From IMG/VR virus record IMGVR_UViG_3300022179_000455, positions 1-37,205 of that record: a DNA stretch of 37,205 bases. The stretch is one strand, 5' to 3'. The notes under the pieces were generated by a model. The model made no database searches, was not told where the DNA came from, and saw nothing but the letters and a program-made list of their open reading frames with translations. The position numbers and the translations under genes were made by a program. The DNA comes from a virus. Lineage: Duplodnaviria > Caudoviricetes. Below are positions 27,488 to 35,493 of this stretch, piece by piece (positions within the stretch are counted from its first letter, which is position 1; each line of letters starts with the position of its first letter).

Positions 27488-28628
27488 ACAAATTATCGGT
27501 CGCTGGTCCGAACTCAATCAAACACCAGAAGTTAGTGATCTACGAAATGGCTTCGACTTCCGTCAGCCAATTTATCGTCGCGAAGTTTTTTTGCGGTTCT
27601 ATGAGTATCACCTAAAGTATAAGTCGCATCCTGGCGCAGTTTATTTTGCCATGCCGTACCTTGCTAAGAAGTTTGGTATGTCTATGGAAGATAAGCTATG
27701 GCTTGCGTTCGTCAATGGTTGTTCACAGAACATTGTAACGACCCATACGATCCTGAAGAAGTTTCCTACTCTCAAGGATCTTAATATCAACGAGCTTGAT
27801 GACTGGTGGACTAACAATCAGCACAAGTTCAAGGCGGGGTTCGGTTGGGACACTGATAGAAAGTATTTCAAGTTCGGCAAGACTGGTTTTCCTAACTGCG
27901 TTCGTTCTTACAAGCAGAACGTAGATAAGTTCGGTTCTCAAGTCCAGCTGTTCAACCATTTGACCGACAGCAACGATAAGTATAAGAACTTCGAAAAGTG
28001 CTGGGACTATGTGCGCAAGAACTTTATGTCCTTCGGCAGACTATCGGCATTCTCTTATCTTGAGTACTTGCGTATTCAAGGTTTGAATATCGATTGTAAT
28101 AACTTGTTCCTAGAAGATATTGATGGCTCCCGCTCTCATAGAAACGGTCTCTGTAAGGTTCTGGGGCGTGATGATCTTGACTGGTGGAAGCAAGATCTCA
28201 AGTACGATCAAAAAACAATCGAGTGGTTGAAGAAAGAAGGTGAGTTGCTTCTTGAGGAAGCTCGCGCTAGAATTGATCATGAAGACGTCAGCTACTTTAC
28301 TCTAGAGTCGACTCTTTGCTGCTATAAGTCTTGGCATCGCCCTAATCGTCGTTACCCGAACGTATACATGGATATGTTTCATGACCGCATAAAGTATGCA
28401 GAGTCAGAGTGGGGTAAGAACTACGAGTTGTTTTGGGAGATGCGTGAAGAGTGTTTGCCAGTTCATTTGAGACTAGAAGATAATCCGAACGATCCTGGAT
28501 TAACAAAAGAAAAACAAAATCACTATCTTGAAACAGGACAAGTGATTATGATGGATAGAGAGTGGAGTTGTTTTTCTAACGACTTCAGTAAACCCAAAGG
28601 GGTTGAATCTTTTATGGAGCTAACATGA
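27471..28628 (+). CDS. aGPT-Pplase2-like amino acid:DNA transferase (HhH-glycosylase fold)
   Basis: 'KLWLAFVNG', 'DTDRKY', helix-hairpin-helix 'SFGRLSAFSYLEYL', 'SHRNGL', 'LESTLCCYK', adjacent to a P-loop kinase. This is the arrangement of thymidine-hypermodification loci. Confidence 0.72.
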   Translation: MTTSSEQIIGRWSELNQTPEVSDLRNGFDFRQPIYRREVFLRFYEYHLKYKSHPGAVYFAMPYLAKKFGMSMEDKLWLAFVNGCSQNIVTTHTILKKFPTLKDLNINELDDWWTNNQHKFKAGFGWDTDRKYFKFGKTGFPNCVRSYKQNVDKFGSQVQLFNHLTDSNDKYKNFEKCWDYVRKNFMSFGRLSAFSYLEYLRIQGLNIDCNNLFLEDIDGSRSHRNGLCKVLGRDDLDWWKQDLKYDQKTIEWLKKEGELLLEEARARIDHEDVSYFTLESTLCCYKSWHRPNRRYPNVYMDMFHDRIKYAESEWGKNYELFWEMREECLPVHLRLEDNPNDPGLTKEKQNHYLETGQVIMMDREWSCFSNDFSKPKGVESFMELT

Positions 28629-29158
28629 AAATTATTGCTATTGGTGGCGAACCAGGATGCGGTAAGACCACGTTGATGAAAAAAATCATCGAACATTTCG
28701 AAGTTGAACCGAAGTATGATGAGTTTAAGTTAGTTCCTTACCTTCAAAAAGGTAACATTTATATTCTAGGTAAGTATGAAGAGGGACACGTTTTTGCTGG
28801 AACTGACCGAATGAGTATGGCTGTTCAACCCGAGGCAATTAAGTTTCTTTCAACATTACCAACTGACTCTATCGTCCTGTATGAAGGCGACCGACTATTC
28901 ACAGCATCGTTTCTTGAAGATTGCCTTGACAAGTATGATCTAGACATTGTTTATCTTTCAACTGATAAAAATATTCGTACACAGCGTTATGCTGAACGTG
29001 GGAGTGAACAAGATGAAACTTGGTTGCGCGGTAGAGAAACTAAGATCTCTAACATTCTCACTAACATGAATCTACTATTCAATGTTAGCAAATATAATAA
29101 TAACAACCTAGAAGAACAAAACTTAGTATTTGGTGAAATCCTAAAGATTATGGAGTGA
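28625..29158 (+). CDS. P-loop nucleotide kinase, putative 5-hydroxymethyluracil DNA kinase
   Basis: 'IIAIGGEPGCGKTT', 'GTDR.S', 'EGDRL', 'R.AERGS.Q...W..GR.TK'. ATGA-coupled to the aGPT-Pplase gene. Confidence 0.72.
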   Translation: MKIIAIGGEPGCGKTTLMKKIIEHFEVEPKYDEFKLVPYLQKGNIYILGKYEEGHVFAGTDRMSMAVQPEAIKFLSTLPTDSIVLYEGDRLFTASFLEDCLDKYDLDIVYLSTDKNIRTQRYAERGSEQDETWLRGRETKISNILTNMNLLFNVSKYNNNNLEEQNLVFGEILKIME

Positions 29159-29161
29159 AAA

Positions 29162-29659
29162 ATGTCTATTGACAATGAGATCAATGTAAGCTATAATACA
29201 ACAAATAACAATAGTTACTCAGTTAATGTTGAAGTTAATCCTGCTTCTACGATTGAAACCGTAACTAATATTTCTACTGTTAATTTTGCTGATGTAATTT
29301 ATACCGATAGCGATACAACCACCGCTGTAGATTTTAGCCAAGGGAGTGACACCGTGACAGTAACACATTCAACACCTGAAGAAAAAATTTCTTACAAATA
29401 CGCAGAAGATCGTATTATTTCCGACTTCAAACGCTATATAGATAAGACGTATGGTGCTCACTATCAAACTGAGAATAACGTCCAAGCATTTGATGCGTGG
29501 ATTGCGCTCGGTGAAGCAACTCCTACTTTTCGAAACACTGCAGTAAAGTACCTGTGGCGCTATGGTAAGAAGGATGACAACAATAAAGAAGATTTGATGA
29601 AGACGCTACACTATACGCTCATGTGTCTTTACAATGATCACTATAAGGATGTTAAGTAA
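29162..29659 (+). CDS. DUF3310-like protein (T7 gp1.7-type nucleotide-associated domain) with a low-complexity N-terminus
   Basis: C-terminal 'YI.KTY..HY...KYLWRYGKK....EDL.K.LHY' pattern. An alternative in-frame GTG at 29354 has an AGGGAG RBS. Confidence 0.6.
   Translation: MSIDNEINVSYNTTNNNSYSVNVEVNPASTIETVTNISTVNFADVIYTDSDTTTAVDFSQGSDTVTVTHSTPEEKISYKYAEDRIISDFKRYIDKTYGAHYQTENNVQAFDAWIALGEATPTFRNTAVKYLWRYGKKDDNNKEDLMKTLHYTLMCLYNDHYKDVK
29169..29197 (+). promoter_or_regulatory. Perfect sigma70 consensus promoter TTGACA-N17-TATAAT within the 5' end of the ORF
   Basis: TTGACA at 29169-29174 and TATAAT at 29192-29197. Confidence 0.75.
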
Positions 29660-30510
29660 TGGAAATTAAAATTGATCTTGATAAGCTAAGGGCAAACAAA
29701 CTATTCGTAGCAACGCCGATGTATGGTGGTCAGTGTGCTGGTATGTTTGCTAAGTCTACTGCCGACCTTTCCGCTCTCTGCACTCATCACGGTATTCCGA
29801 TTCAATTTTACTATTTGTTTAATGAGTCGTTGATTACTCGCGCTCGTAATTATTGCGCTGATGAGTTTATGCGTTCTGATGCGGAACATCTTATGTTTAT
29901 TGACTCCGATATTGGTTTCAATCCCCAGGACGTTCTCGCTCTTATGGCGATGCAAGCCAATGAGCCAGAGAAGTACGACATCGTTGGTGGTCCGTATCCT
30001 AAGAAGTGCATAAGCTGGGAAAAGATCAAGCATGCAGTTGACAAGGGTGTTGCCGATCAAGATCCTAACGTCCTTGAGAAGTTCGTTGGTGATTATGTTT
30101 TCAACCCGAAGGGTGGTCAGCAGTCAATTCAGATCAGTGAACCTTGTGAAGTGCTTGAGATTGGTACGGGCTTTATGATGGTTAGTAAGCAAGCTATGAA
30201 GAAGTTTGCTGAAACATATCCTCAATATAACTACAAGCCCGATCACGTTCGCACTGCTGCTTTCGATGGCTCGCGTGAGATTATGATGTACTTCCAGGCT
30301 GAAGTTGATCCGAAGTCGAAGCGATATCTTTCGGAAGATTATTGGTTCTGTCAGAAGGCGCAGGAAGCTGGACTCAAGACATGGTTCTGTCCATGGATGA
30401 AGATGCAACATGTTGGTTCGTATATCTTCGGTGGCTCTCTCGCTGATCTTGCATCGATTGGTGTTTCTGCCACTGCTGATGTTGCTAAACTTGGTAAGAC
30501 AAAGAAGTAA
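29659..30510 (+). CDS. GT-A fold glycosyltransferase-like protein
   Basis: 'LFVATPMYGG', 'ESLITRARN', DxD 'LMFIDSDI', 'GTGFMMV', 'LSEDYWFC', 'HVG'. Confidence 0.75.
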   Translation: MEIKIDLDKLRANKLFVATPMYGGQCAGMFAKSTADLSALCTHHGIPIQFYYLFNESLITRARNYCADEFMRSDAEHLMFIDSDIGFNPQDVLALMAMQANEPEKYDIVGGPYPKKCISWEKIKHAVDKGVADQDPNVLEKFVGDYVFNPKGGQQSIQISEPCEVLEIGTGFMMVSKQAMKKFAETYPQYNYKPDHVRTAAFDGSREIMMYFQAEVDPKSKRYLSEDYWFCQKAQEAGLKTWFCPWMKMQHVGSYIFGGSLADLASIGVSATADVAKLGKTKK

Positions 30511-30522
30511 GGAGACTATATT

Positions 30523-31179
30523 ATGAAACTCGACGCAAAAACCGTGAATGTTCTTAAGAATTTTTCTACAATCAATCCTTCAATGTTGTTCCGCGAAGGT
30601 AACACGTTGAAGACTATTTCTCCAACCAAGACTGTAATGGCAAAGGCTAATATTGATACACCTATCAATAAGAAGTTTGCTATCTATAATCTTGGTAAGC
30701 TACTCAGCACTCTTTCTTTCTATGACAATCCTGAGATTGAGTTGCGCGACCAGAACCTCGTAATAAGCAATGGTAATGGTAGCTCGACTACTCTCGCATA
30801 CGCGGATGAGTCAACAATAAAGACTCCACCCGATCGAGAAATTACTCTCCCGTCTGTTGATGCCGAGTTTAAGATTTCTAACAGCGCACTCACAAACATC
30901 ATGAAGATGCTTGGTACTCTTGGGCTTCCTGAGATTGCTATCGTTGGCGATGGTTCTAATCTTTTGGTAAGCGCACTTGATTCTAAGAACGCAGGTAGCG
31001 AGTGTCATACTGAAAAGGTTGGTACTACTAACAAAACATTCCGCGCTATCTTCAAGGCAGAAAATATCAAACTCATTCCTGGCGATTATGATGTTGCTGT
31101 TTCCTCTAAGGGAATTTCGCACTTCAAGGGCGCAGAAGCAGAATACTGGATTGCAGTCGAGCAGAACTCAACGTTCTGA
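30523..31179 (+). CDS. gp45: Sliding clamp gp45
   Basis: 'LKNFSTINPS', 'FAIYNL..LL', 'ENIKLIPGDYDV.VS.KGISHF', 'YWIAVE'. Confidence 0.94.
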   Translation: MKLDAKTVNVLKNFSTINPSMLFREGNTLKTISPTKTVMAKANIDTPINKKFAIYNLGKLLSTLSFYDNPEIELRDQNLVISNGNGSSTTLAYADESTIKTPPDREITLPSVDAEFKISNSALTNIMKMLGTLGLPEIAIVGDGSNLLVSALDSKNAGSECHTEKVGTTNKTFRAIFKAENIKLIPGDYDVAVSSKGISHFKGAEAEYWIAVEQNSTF

Positions 31180-31180
31180 T

Positions 31181-31227
31181 TTGACTTTTGACTTGGGAGG
31201 GGCTATAATGGTTCCTCCCACTTTTTT
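31181..31227 (+). terminator. Terminator hairpin after gp45 overlapping a sigma70 promoter (TTGACT-N17-TATAAT)
   Basis: TGGGAGGGGC-TATAATG-GTTCCTCCCA-CTTTTTT, with the -35 element at 31181-31186. Confidence 0.75.
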
Positions 31228-31244
31228 GTTATGGAGAACTACAC

Positions 31245-31574
31245 ATGATTGATTTTTTCAAGCGTGTTAATATGATTCCTGTTGTGAATAGGAATATCGC
31301 AAATAATCTCACCAAAGATGTTTTCGGTAACCTCTCAGTAAAATTGAAGCAGTGTTCGTCTTGTTTGGTGTTTCAACCATACAGCAATTTCTACTTCAAA
31401 GCTGGAAAGGGAAATACACATAGGGATAGTATCCTATCTCGTGATCTTCGTTCGCATTGTATTCGTTGTTACGATTATTTGAACACGACATACAACAAAG
31501 GTGCGCGACCGAAGTATCATCCGACTAGAACTCTAGATGATTTTATTTGTGAAGAGGTGAATAAGGATGCTTGA
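31245..31574 (+). CDS. Hypothetical Cys4 zinc-finger protein
   Basis: 'KQCSSC....P.SNFY...LRSHCIRC'. GGAG RBS. Inserted between gp45 and gp44. Confidence 0.6.
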   Translation: MIDFFKRVNMIPVVNRNIANNLTKDVFGNLSVKLKQCSSCLVFQPYSNFYFKAGKGNTHRDSILSRDLRSHCIRCYDYLNTTYNKGARPKYHPTRTLDDFICEEVNKDA

Positions 31575-32505
31575 ACAATTTCTCTGGGTCGAAAAGTATC
31601 GTCCCAAGACTGTAGCCGAAACTATTCTTCCTGCTGAATTGAAGGCAACCTTCCAGCAGTTCGTTGACCAAAAACAAATCCCAAATCTTATTCTATCGGG
31701 CAGTGCTGGTGTTGGTAAAACGACAGTGGCGAAAGCTATGCTTGAAGAGCTTGAATGTGATTACATCGTCATCAATGGATCTATGAATGGCAATATCGAC
31801 ACCCTGCGAAACGAAATTAACAATTTCGCATCTACCGTATCTTTTTCTGGCGGGCGCAAGTACGTCATCCTTGACGAGGCAGATTACCTCAACGCCAATT
31901 CTACCCAACCAGCACTACGAAATTTCATGGAAGAGTTCTCCAGAAATTGCGGTTTCATTCTCACCTGCAACTTTAAAAATAGAATCATTGAACCGTTACA
32001 TTCTAGGTGCTCTGTCGTAGATTTCAAGATCGGCAAGAAGGACATGGCAAAGCTCGCTGCTGAATTTATGCAGCGCGCATGCGATATTCTTCAAAAAGAA
32101 AATGTTGATTATGATAAGAAGGTAGTTGCCGAAGTTATCATGAAGCATTTTCCTGATTGGCGGCGAGTGCTTAATGAGTTGCAGCGTTATTCTGCGACAG
32201 GCAAGATTGATAGTGGCATCCTTGTTGATCTTGATGATGCTTCATTCAAGCAGCTGATTAAGTATGTAAAGGAAAAGAACTTTACTGAGATGCGTAAGTG
32301 GGTTGGTCAAAACATCGACTCTGATTCAAGCACGTTGTTTCGTAAATTTTATGACGATGCATCTAGTCTGTTGAAGAAAGATTCGATTCCTCCGCTGGTT
32401 GTACTTATTGCGCGCTATCAGTATCAGGCAGCATTTGTTGCTGATCATGAGATCAACTTCATGTCATTTTTGACGGAGGTTGCTGCGGAGCTAGAATTTC
32501 AATGA
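31567..32505 (+). CDS. gp44: Clamp loader large subunit gp44
   Basis: 'WVEKYRPK', 'GSAGVGKTT', 'ILDEAD', 'PLHSRC', 'PDWRR.LNELQRY'. Confidence 0.96.
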   Translation: MLEQFLWVEKYRPKTVAETILPAELKATFQQFVDQKQIPNLILSGSAGVGKTTVAKAMLEELECDYIVINGSMNGNIDTLRNEINNFASTVSFSGGRKYVILDEADYLNANSTQPALRNFMEEFSRNCGFILTCNFKNRIIEPLHSRCSVVDFKIGKKDMAKLAAEFMQRACDILQKENVDYDKKVVAEVIMKHFPDWRRVLNELQRYSATGKIDSGILVDLDDASFKQLIKYVKEKNFTEMRKWVGQNIDSDSSTLFRKFYDDASSLLKKDSIPPLVVLIARYQYQAAFVADHEINFMSFLTEVAAELEFQ

Positions 32506-32870
32506 CCCCATTTGACATAGCAGACGCAGTTAGATCAACAAAGAAATATCTAGCTGAGGAAGAACTTCCGAAAGGTATGTTCATGGTGAACAGGGCGCTC
32601 TCTTACCAGAGAGATGCTCTGTTTTATGCACAGGAAATGAACCTGAATCCTCAGCTAGATTCTCGCCTCCAGTTCGACTTCCTCTATCATAGTATCAGAA
32701 AGAATACTACGAAGAGCAAGGGTAAGTGGGGTAAGAGAGAAAAAAACACAGATATCGAACTGATTATTGAGTATTATGGCTATAACTACCAGCGAGCTAT
32801 AGAAGCCTCTAGAATCCTAAATAAAGAGCAGTTGTCTTATATTAAGCAAAAGCTCTATCGAGGTGAGTAA
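32502..32870 (+). CDS. gp62: Clamp loader small subunit gp62
   Basis: 'FMVNRALS', 'A.EMN', 'LQFDFL..SIRK', 'EYYGY....A'. Follows gp44. Confidence 0.9.
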   Translation: MTPFDIADAVRSTKKYLAEEELPKGMFMVNRALSYQRDALFYAQEMNLNPQLDSRLQFDFLYHSIRKNTTKSKGKWGKREKNTDIELIIEYYGYNYQRAIEASRILNKEQLSYIKQKLYRGE

Positions 32871-32916
32871 TTCGCTATGTTCATTAAGAACAACAAAAAA
32901 TTGAATGGGGTAGTTA

Positions 32917-33315
32917 ATGTCAATTATAGATTCGCTAGTGGAAGTGAAAATTGCTGAGCAAGAGGACTTCCTAAAAATTAAAGAAACGCTGACTCGCATC
33001 GGTGTAGCTTCTCGTAAAGAGAAAAAGCTATATCAGTCTTGTCACATTCTCCATAAGCAGAGCAAGTATTACATTGTTCATTTTAAGGAGCTTTTCGCTC
33101 TTGATGGCAAACCCTCTAATTTTTCAGATGAAGATAAGGGTCGCCGCAACACGATTGCAAAGTTGTTAGAAGATTGGGGTCTTATTAAAGTTGTTGACGA
33201 AGCATCGATTGATAACCCAAAGACGCCTATGAGCCAAATTAAAATTCTTACTCATAAAGAAAAAGATGGGTGGGAGTTAGTTGCAAAATATAACATAGGA
33301 CGTAAGAAAACCTGA
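32917..33315 (+). CDS. regA: Translational repressor RegA
   Basis: 'DFLKIKETLTRIGVAS', 'LYQSCHILHKQ..YYIVHFKELF.LDG', 'W.LV.KYNIG'. Confidence 0.97.
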   Translation: MSIIDSLVEVKIAEQEDFLKIKETLTRIGVASRKEKKLYQSCHILHKQSKYYIVHFKELFALDGKPSNFSDEDKGRRNTIAKLLEDWGLIKVVDEASIDNPKTPMSQIKILTHKEKDGWELVAKYNIGRKKT

Positions 33316-33330
33316 TTTTGGAGATTTGTT

Positions 33331-33678
33331 ATGATATTTTGGAAAAAGAAAAAGTATGTGCCCGATGACGAGAGGCTTCTTAAAGTAATCAAAATTTTGT
33401 TTCCGCCTCTTGAAGTTGCTAGAACACCAGACGGCACAAAGTATCACATCGACTATTCTATAGATTCAAATTTAGATGCAGTGTTGATGGATTTGCAAGA
33501 AGGCAACAATGATACTGCTTGTCACAAAACACTAGAAAGTTGCGTCAAGAAATTAAATGAAGTTCGTCGCGTATTAGAGGCATACGCAGAAATGGACGCC
33601 GAAGCAAAGTACCTAATTGTTGACAACGGCGAAGCTGACGCTGATCTTGACCTAGAGAATATCCAAATCCAAAAATAG
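33331..33678 (+). CDS. Hypothetical protein
   Basis: 115-aa ORF with a GGAG RBS after regA. Confidence 0.65.
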   Translation: MIFWKKKKYVPDDERLLKVIKILFPPLEVARTPDGTKYHIDYSIDSNLDAVLMDLQEGNNDTACHKTLESCVKKLNEVRRVLEAYAEMDAEAKYLIVDNGEADADLDLENIQIQK

Positions 33679-33679
33679 C

Positions 33680-33708
33680 TTTACTTTTATCGCGAATCGC
33701 GGTATAAA
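33680..33708 (+). promoter_or_regulatory. Early promoter TTTACT-N17-TATAAA
   Basis: Intergenic with consensus spacing. Confidence 0.65.
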
Positions 33709-33735
33709 TGAAAGTCAACTAAACAGGAGAAAAAT

Positions 33736-33906
33736 ATGCTCGAGCTTGGCTATATTTTTGAATCCTTCCGTAAGCTAGACAATGCTATGGACAAGGTCGA
33801 GTTTATTAGGGGATTACAGGAGCTAAACCTTCCGTACGACCTTAACTATGAAAACTTGATCGCGGCTTGGGCGCGCAAAGCAGAGCTTGAGTCACCTGTA
33901 GCTTAA
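33736..33906 (+). CDS. Small hypothetical protein (56 aa)
   Basis: Not in the ORF track. MLELGYIFESFRKLDNAMDKVEFIRGLQELNLPYDLNYENLIAAWARKAELESPVA. Has an AGGAG RBS, its own promoter and a terminator. Confidence 0.75.
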   Translation: MLELGYIFESFRKLDNAMDKVEFIRGLQELNLPYDLNYENLIAAWARKAELESPVA

Positions 33907-33917
33907 CTATAATTTAA

Positions 33918-33956
33918 AGCTAGACCATAAAAAAAGTATGGTCTAGCTCTTTTTTT
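33918..33956 (+). terminator. Rho-independent terminator
   Basis: AGCTAGACCATA-aaaaaag-TATGGTCTAGCT-CTTTTTTT. Confidence 0.85.
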
Positions 33957-33958
33957 CC

Positions 33959-33987
33959 TTGTTTTAATTCTAAACTAGCGGTAGAAT
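33959..33987 (+). promoter_or_regulatory. Early promoter TTGTTT-N17-TAGAAT
   Basis: Directly after the terminator and upstream of the next ORF. Confidence 0.5.
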
Positions 33988-34011
33988 AAGAATATGGGAA
34001 AGGATGTAAAA

Positions 34012-34254
34012 ATGACTCGTTTACCGCAATCATCTGTCGAGGCTATGCGCCTTATTGCTAAGACCCAGTTTCGTCCGTTCGATAAGAGCGACTTTATGGC
34101 TTGGTCGGGCTGTAATTCCGATGAGCCGTTTATCGGCGAATTTGAAGACATTATCGTTATCCTCGATGGTGACGCTGTAGTTTTCAATCGCTATAGCGAA
34201 GATGACGTTGAGTGGACCATTTTCAACCTTAGCTATAACGACGAATCTTATTGA
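34012..34254 (+). CDS. Hypothetical early protein
   Basis: Acidic ORF. The ATG at 34012 has an AAGGA RBS; the ORF track start is 33994. Confidence 0.65.
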   Translation: MTRLPQSSVEAMRLIAKTQFRPFDKSDFMAWSGCNSDEPFIGEFEDIIVILDGDAVVFNRYSEDDVEWTIFNLSYNDESY

Positions 34255-34264
34255 AAAAAAGTCC

Positions 34265-34293
34265 TTGACATAATTCCCGAACGGCGCTATACT
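34265..34293 (+). promoter_or_regulatory. Early promoter TTGACA-N17-TATACT
   Basis: A-tract upstream, GC dinucleotide before the -10 element. Confidence 0.8.
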
Positions 34294-34315
34294 GGTAATA
34301 GTTAAGGAGAGTGAA

Positions 34316-34429
34316 ATGTCTACGTACGACTGTTTCGTTGTGTTTGGTCCGCTTCTCGCCTTTGTTACGCTTCTGTCTATCGGCTTCGGCGTTGCTAGCT
34401 ACCTCAACTTCAAAGAAGGAATCCGCTAA
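34316..34429 (+). CDS. 37-aa single-transmembrane peptide
   Basis: Not in the ORF track. MSTYDCFVVFGPLLAFVTLLSIGFGVASYLNFKEGIR. AAGGAG RBS and TAATG coupling to the next gene. Confidence 0.7.
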   Translation: MSTYDCFVVFGPLLAFVTLLSIGFGVASYLNFKEGIR

Positions 34430-34734
34430 TGTCTGGTCTTAGTCTTCTCGTTTCCGACAGCTGCGGCGTCTATATCCCGCTGCGTTTCGTCACCGACATG
34501 GATTTGGCTCAATGGAGCGGCATTAAGGATGAGGACGTAAAGATCCTCGAAGCTGGTCCCGACGCCGAGTGGTATTGGGAAGCATGGGACAGCGTCCTTG
34601 GTTCCGCTTACGCTACCATCAACGGTAAGGTTTGGCGTTTGTCGCAAGACGGCGATCTTTGGGCTTACTGCGAAGAGCTGATGACCGATGAGGAATACGA
34701 AGGTTTCTTTCAACGGGAGCGTGACTATGTCTGA
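34429..34734 (+). CDS. Hypothetical early protein
   Basis: 101-aa acidic ORF, translationally coupled. Confidence 0.7.
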   Translation: MSGLSLLVSDSCGVYIPLRFVTDMDLAQWSGIKDEDVKILEAGPDAEWYWEAWDSVLGSAYATINGKVWRLSQDGDLWAYCEELMTDEEYEGFFQRERDYV

Positions 34735-34903
34735 TGTTGAAATGCTTCGCGACGAGCTTTACCGTCGCCTTGACGATGCGCGTCGTGCTTCTGCAGTTAA
34801 GGTTGAGCCCGATGACGAATTCAATCTTGGCATCAACTGTCGTCTTGCCAACGAAGAAATGTGGCTGCTTGAGCTTCTCCATAAGCTCGAAATGAGCTAT
34901 TGA
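34727..34903 (+). CDS. Hypothetical early protein
   Basis: MSDVEMLRDEL... with a GGGAG RBS. The ORF track start of 34688 is likely too long. Confidence 0.65.
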   Translation: MSDVEMLRDELYRRLDDARRASAVKVEPDDEFNLGINCRLANEEMWLLELLHKLEMSY

Positions 34904-34928
34904 CTTATATTCAATCCCGCGCTATGAT
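34900..34928 (+). promoter_or_regulatory. Early promoter TTGACT-N17-TATGAT
   Basis: Consensus spacing, GC dinucleotide before the -10 element. Confidence 0.7.
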
Positions 34929-34955
34929 ATGTCTATGGTTGATGAGGGAAACAAG

Positions 34956-35192
34956 ATGTCTCGTGAATTTACGTCTCGTATGATCGAACTGCTAAACGAT
35001 GGTCTGTTCAACAAGGATGATCTAATCGTCGATCTTCTCAACTTCTTGACTGAAGACGAGGTTAAGTGTTTCGTCAAGCGCCAAGATTTCTATGGTTTCG
35101 AAGATCTCGGTCATAAGTCCAGCTGGTTCGACTACGACGAAGATTTCCTTGAACGTGACGATGACAATGCTCTTGAAGAGGAGTTCAACTGA
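34956..35192 (+). CDS. Hypothetical acidic early protein
   Basis: MSREFTSRM... after a GAGGGA RBS. Confidence 0.65.
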   Translation: MSREFTSRMIELLNDGLFNKDDLIVDLLNFLTEDEVKCFVKRQDFYGFEDLGHKSSWFDYDEDFLERDDDNALEEEFN

Positions 35193-35491
35193 TGCGTTTC
35201 GATGACTATTCCTTCGAGCTGACAGCCAAAGCTGTCTATCACATGAACGACTCTGCGCAAGAGTTGTACGATAATCCTGATCAGCTCCAGGATTTTATGG
35301 TATCCATGGCTTACCAGTACGGTCGTAACAGTACTTCTTTCGCCACTGGTGGCTTCTGCTTGTCGTTTTCGCCTTCTTCTGTCGATCGCGAAGATGTGTA
35401 CGTTTCAGCTTCGGTGCAGCCATATCTTGTTATGAAGTATATCGAAGCTGTTACTAATCGTCTTGACACCATCCGTTCGCTGGCAGCTTAA
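35192..35491 (+). CDS. Hypothetical early protein
   Basis: 99-aa ORF with TGATG coupling and a GAGGAG RBS. Confidence 0.7.
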   Translation: MRFDDYSFELTAKAVYHMNDSAQELYDNPDQLQDFMVSMAYQYGRNSTSFATGGFCLSFSPSSVDREDVYVSASVQPYLVMKYIEAVTNRLDTIRSLAA

Positions 35492-35493
35492 TC

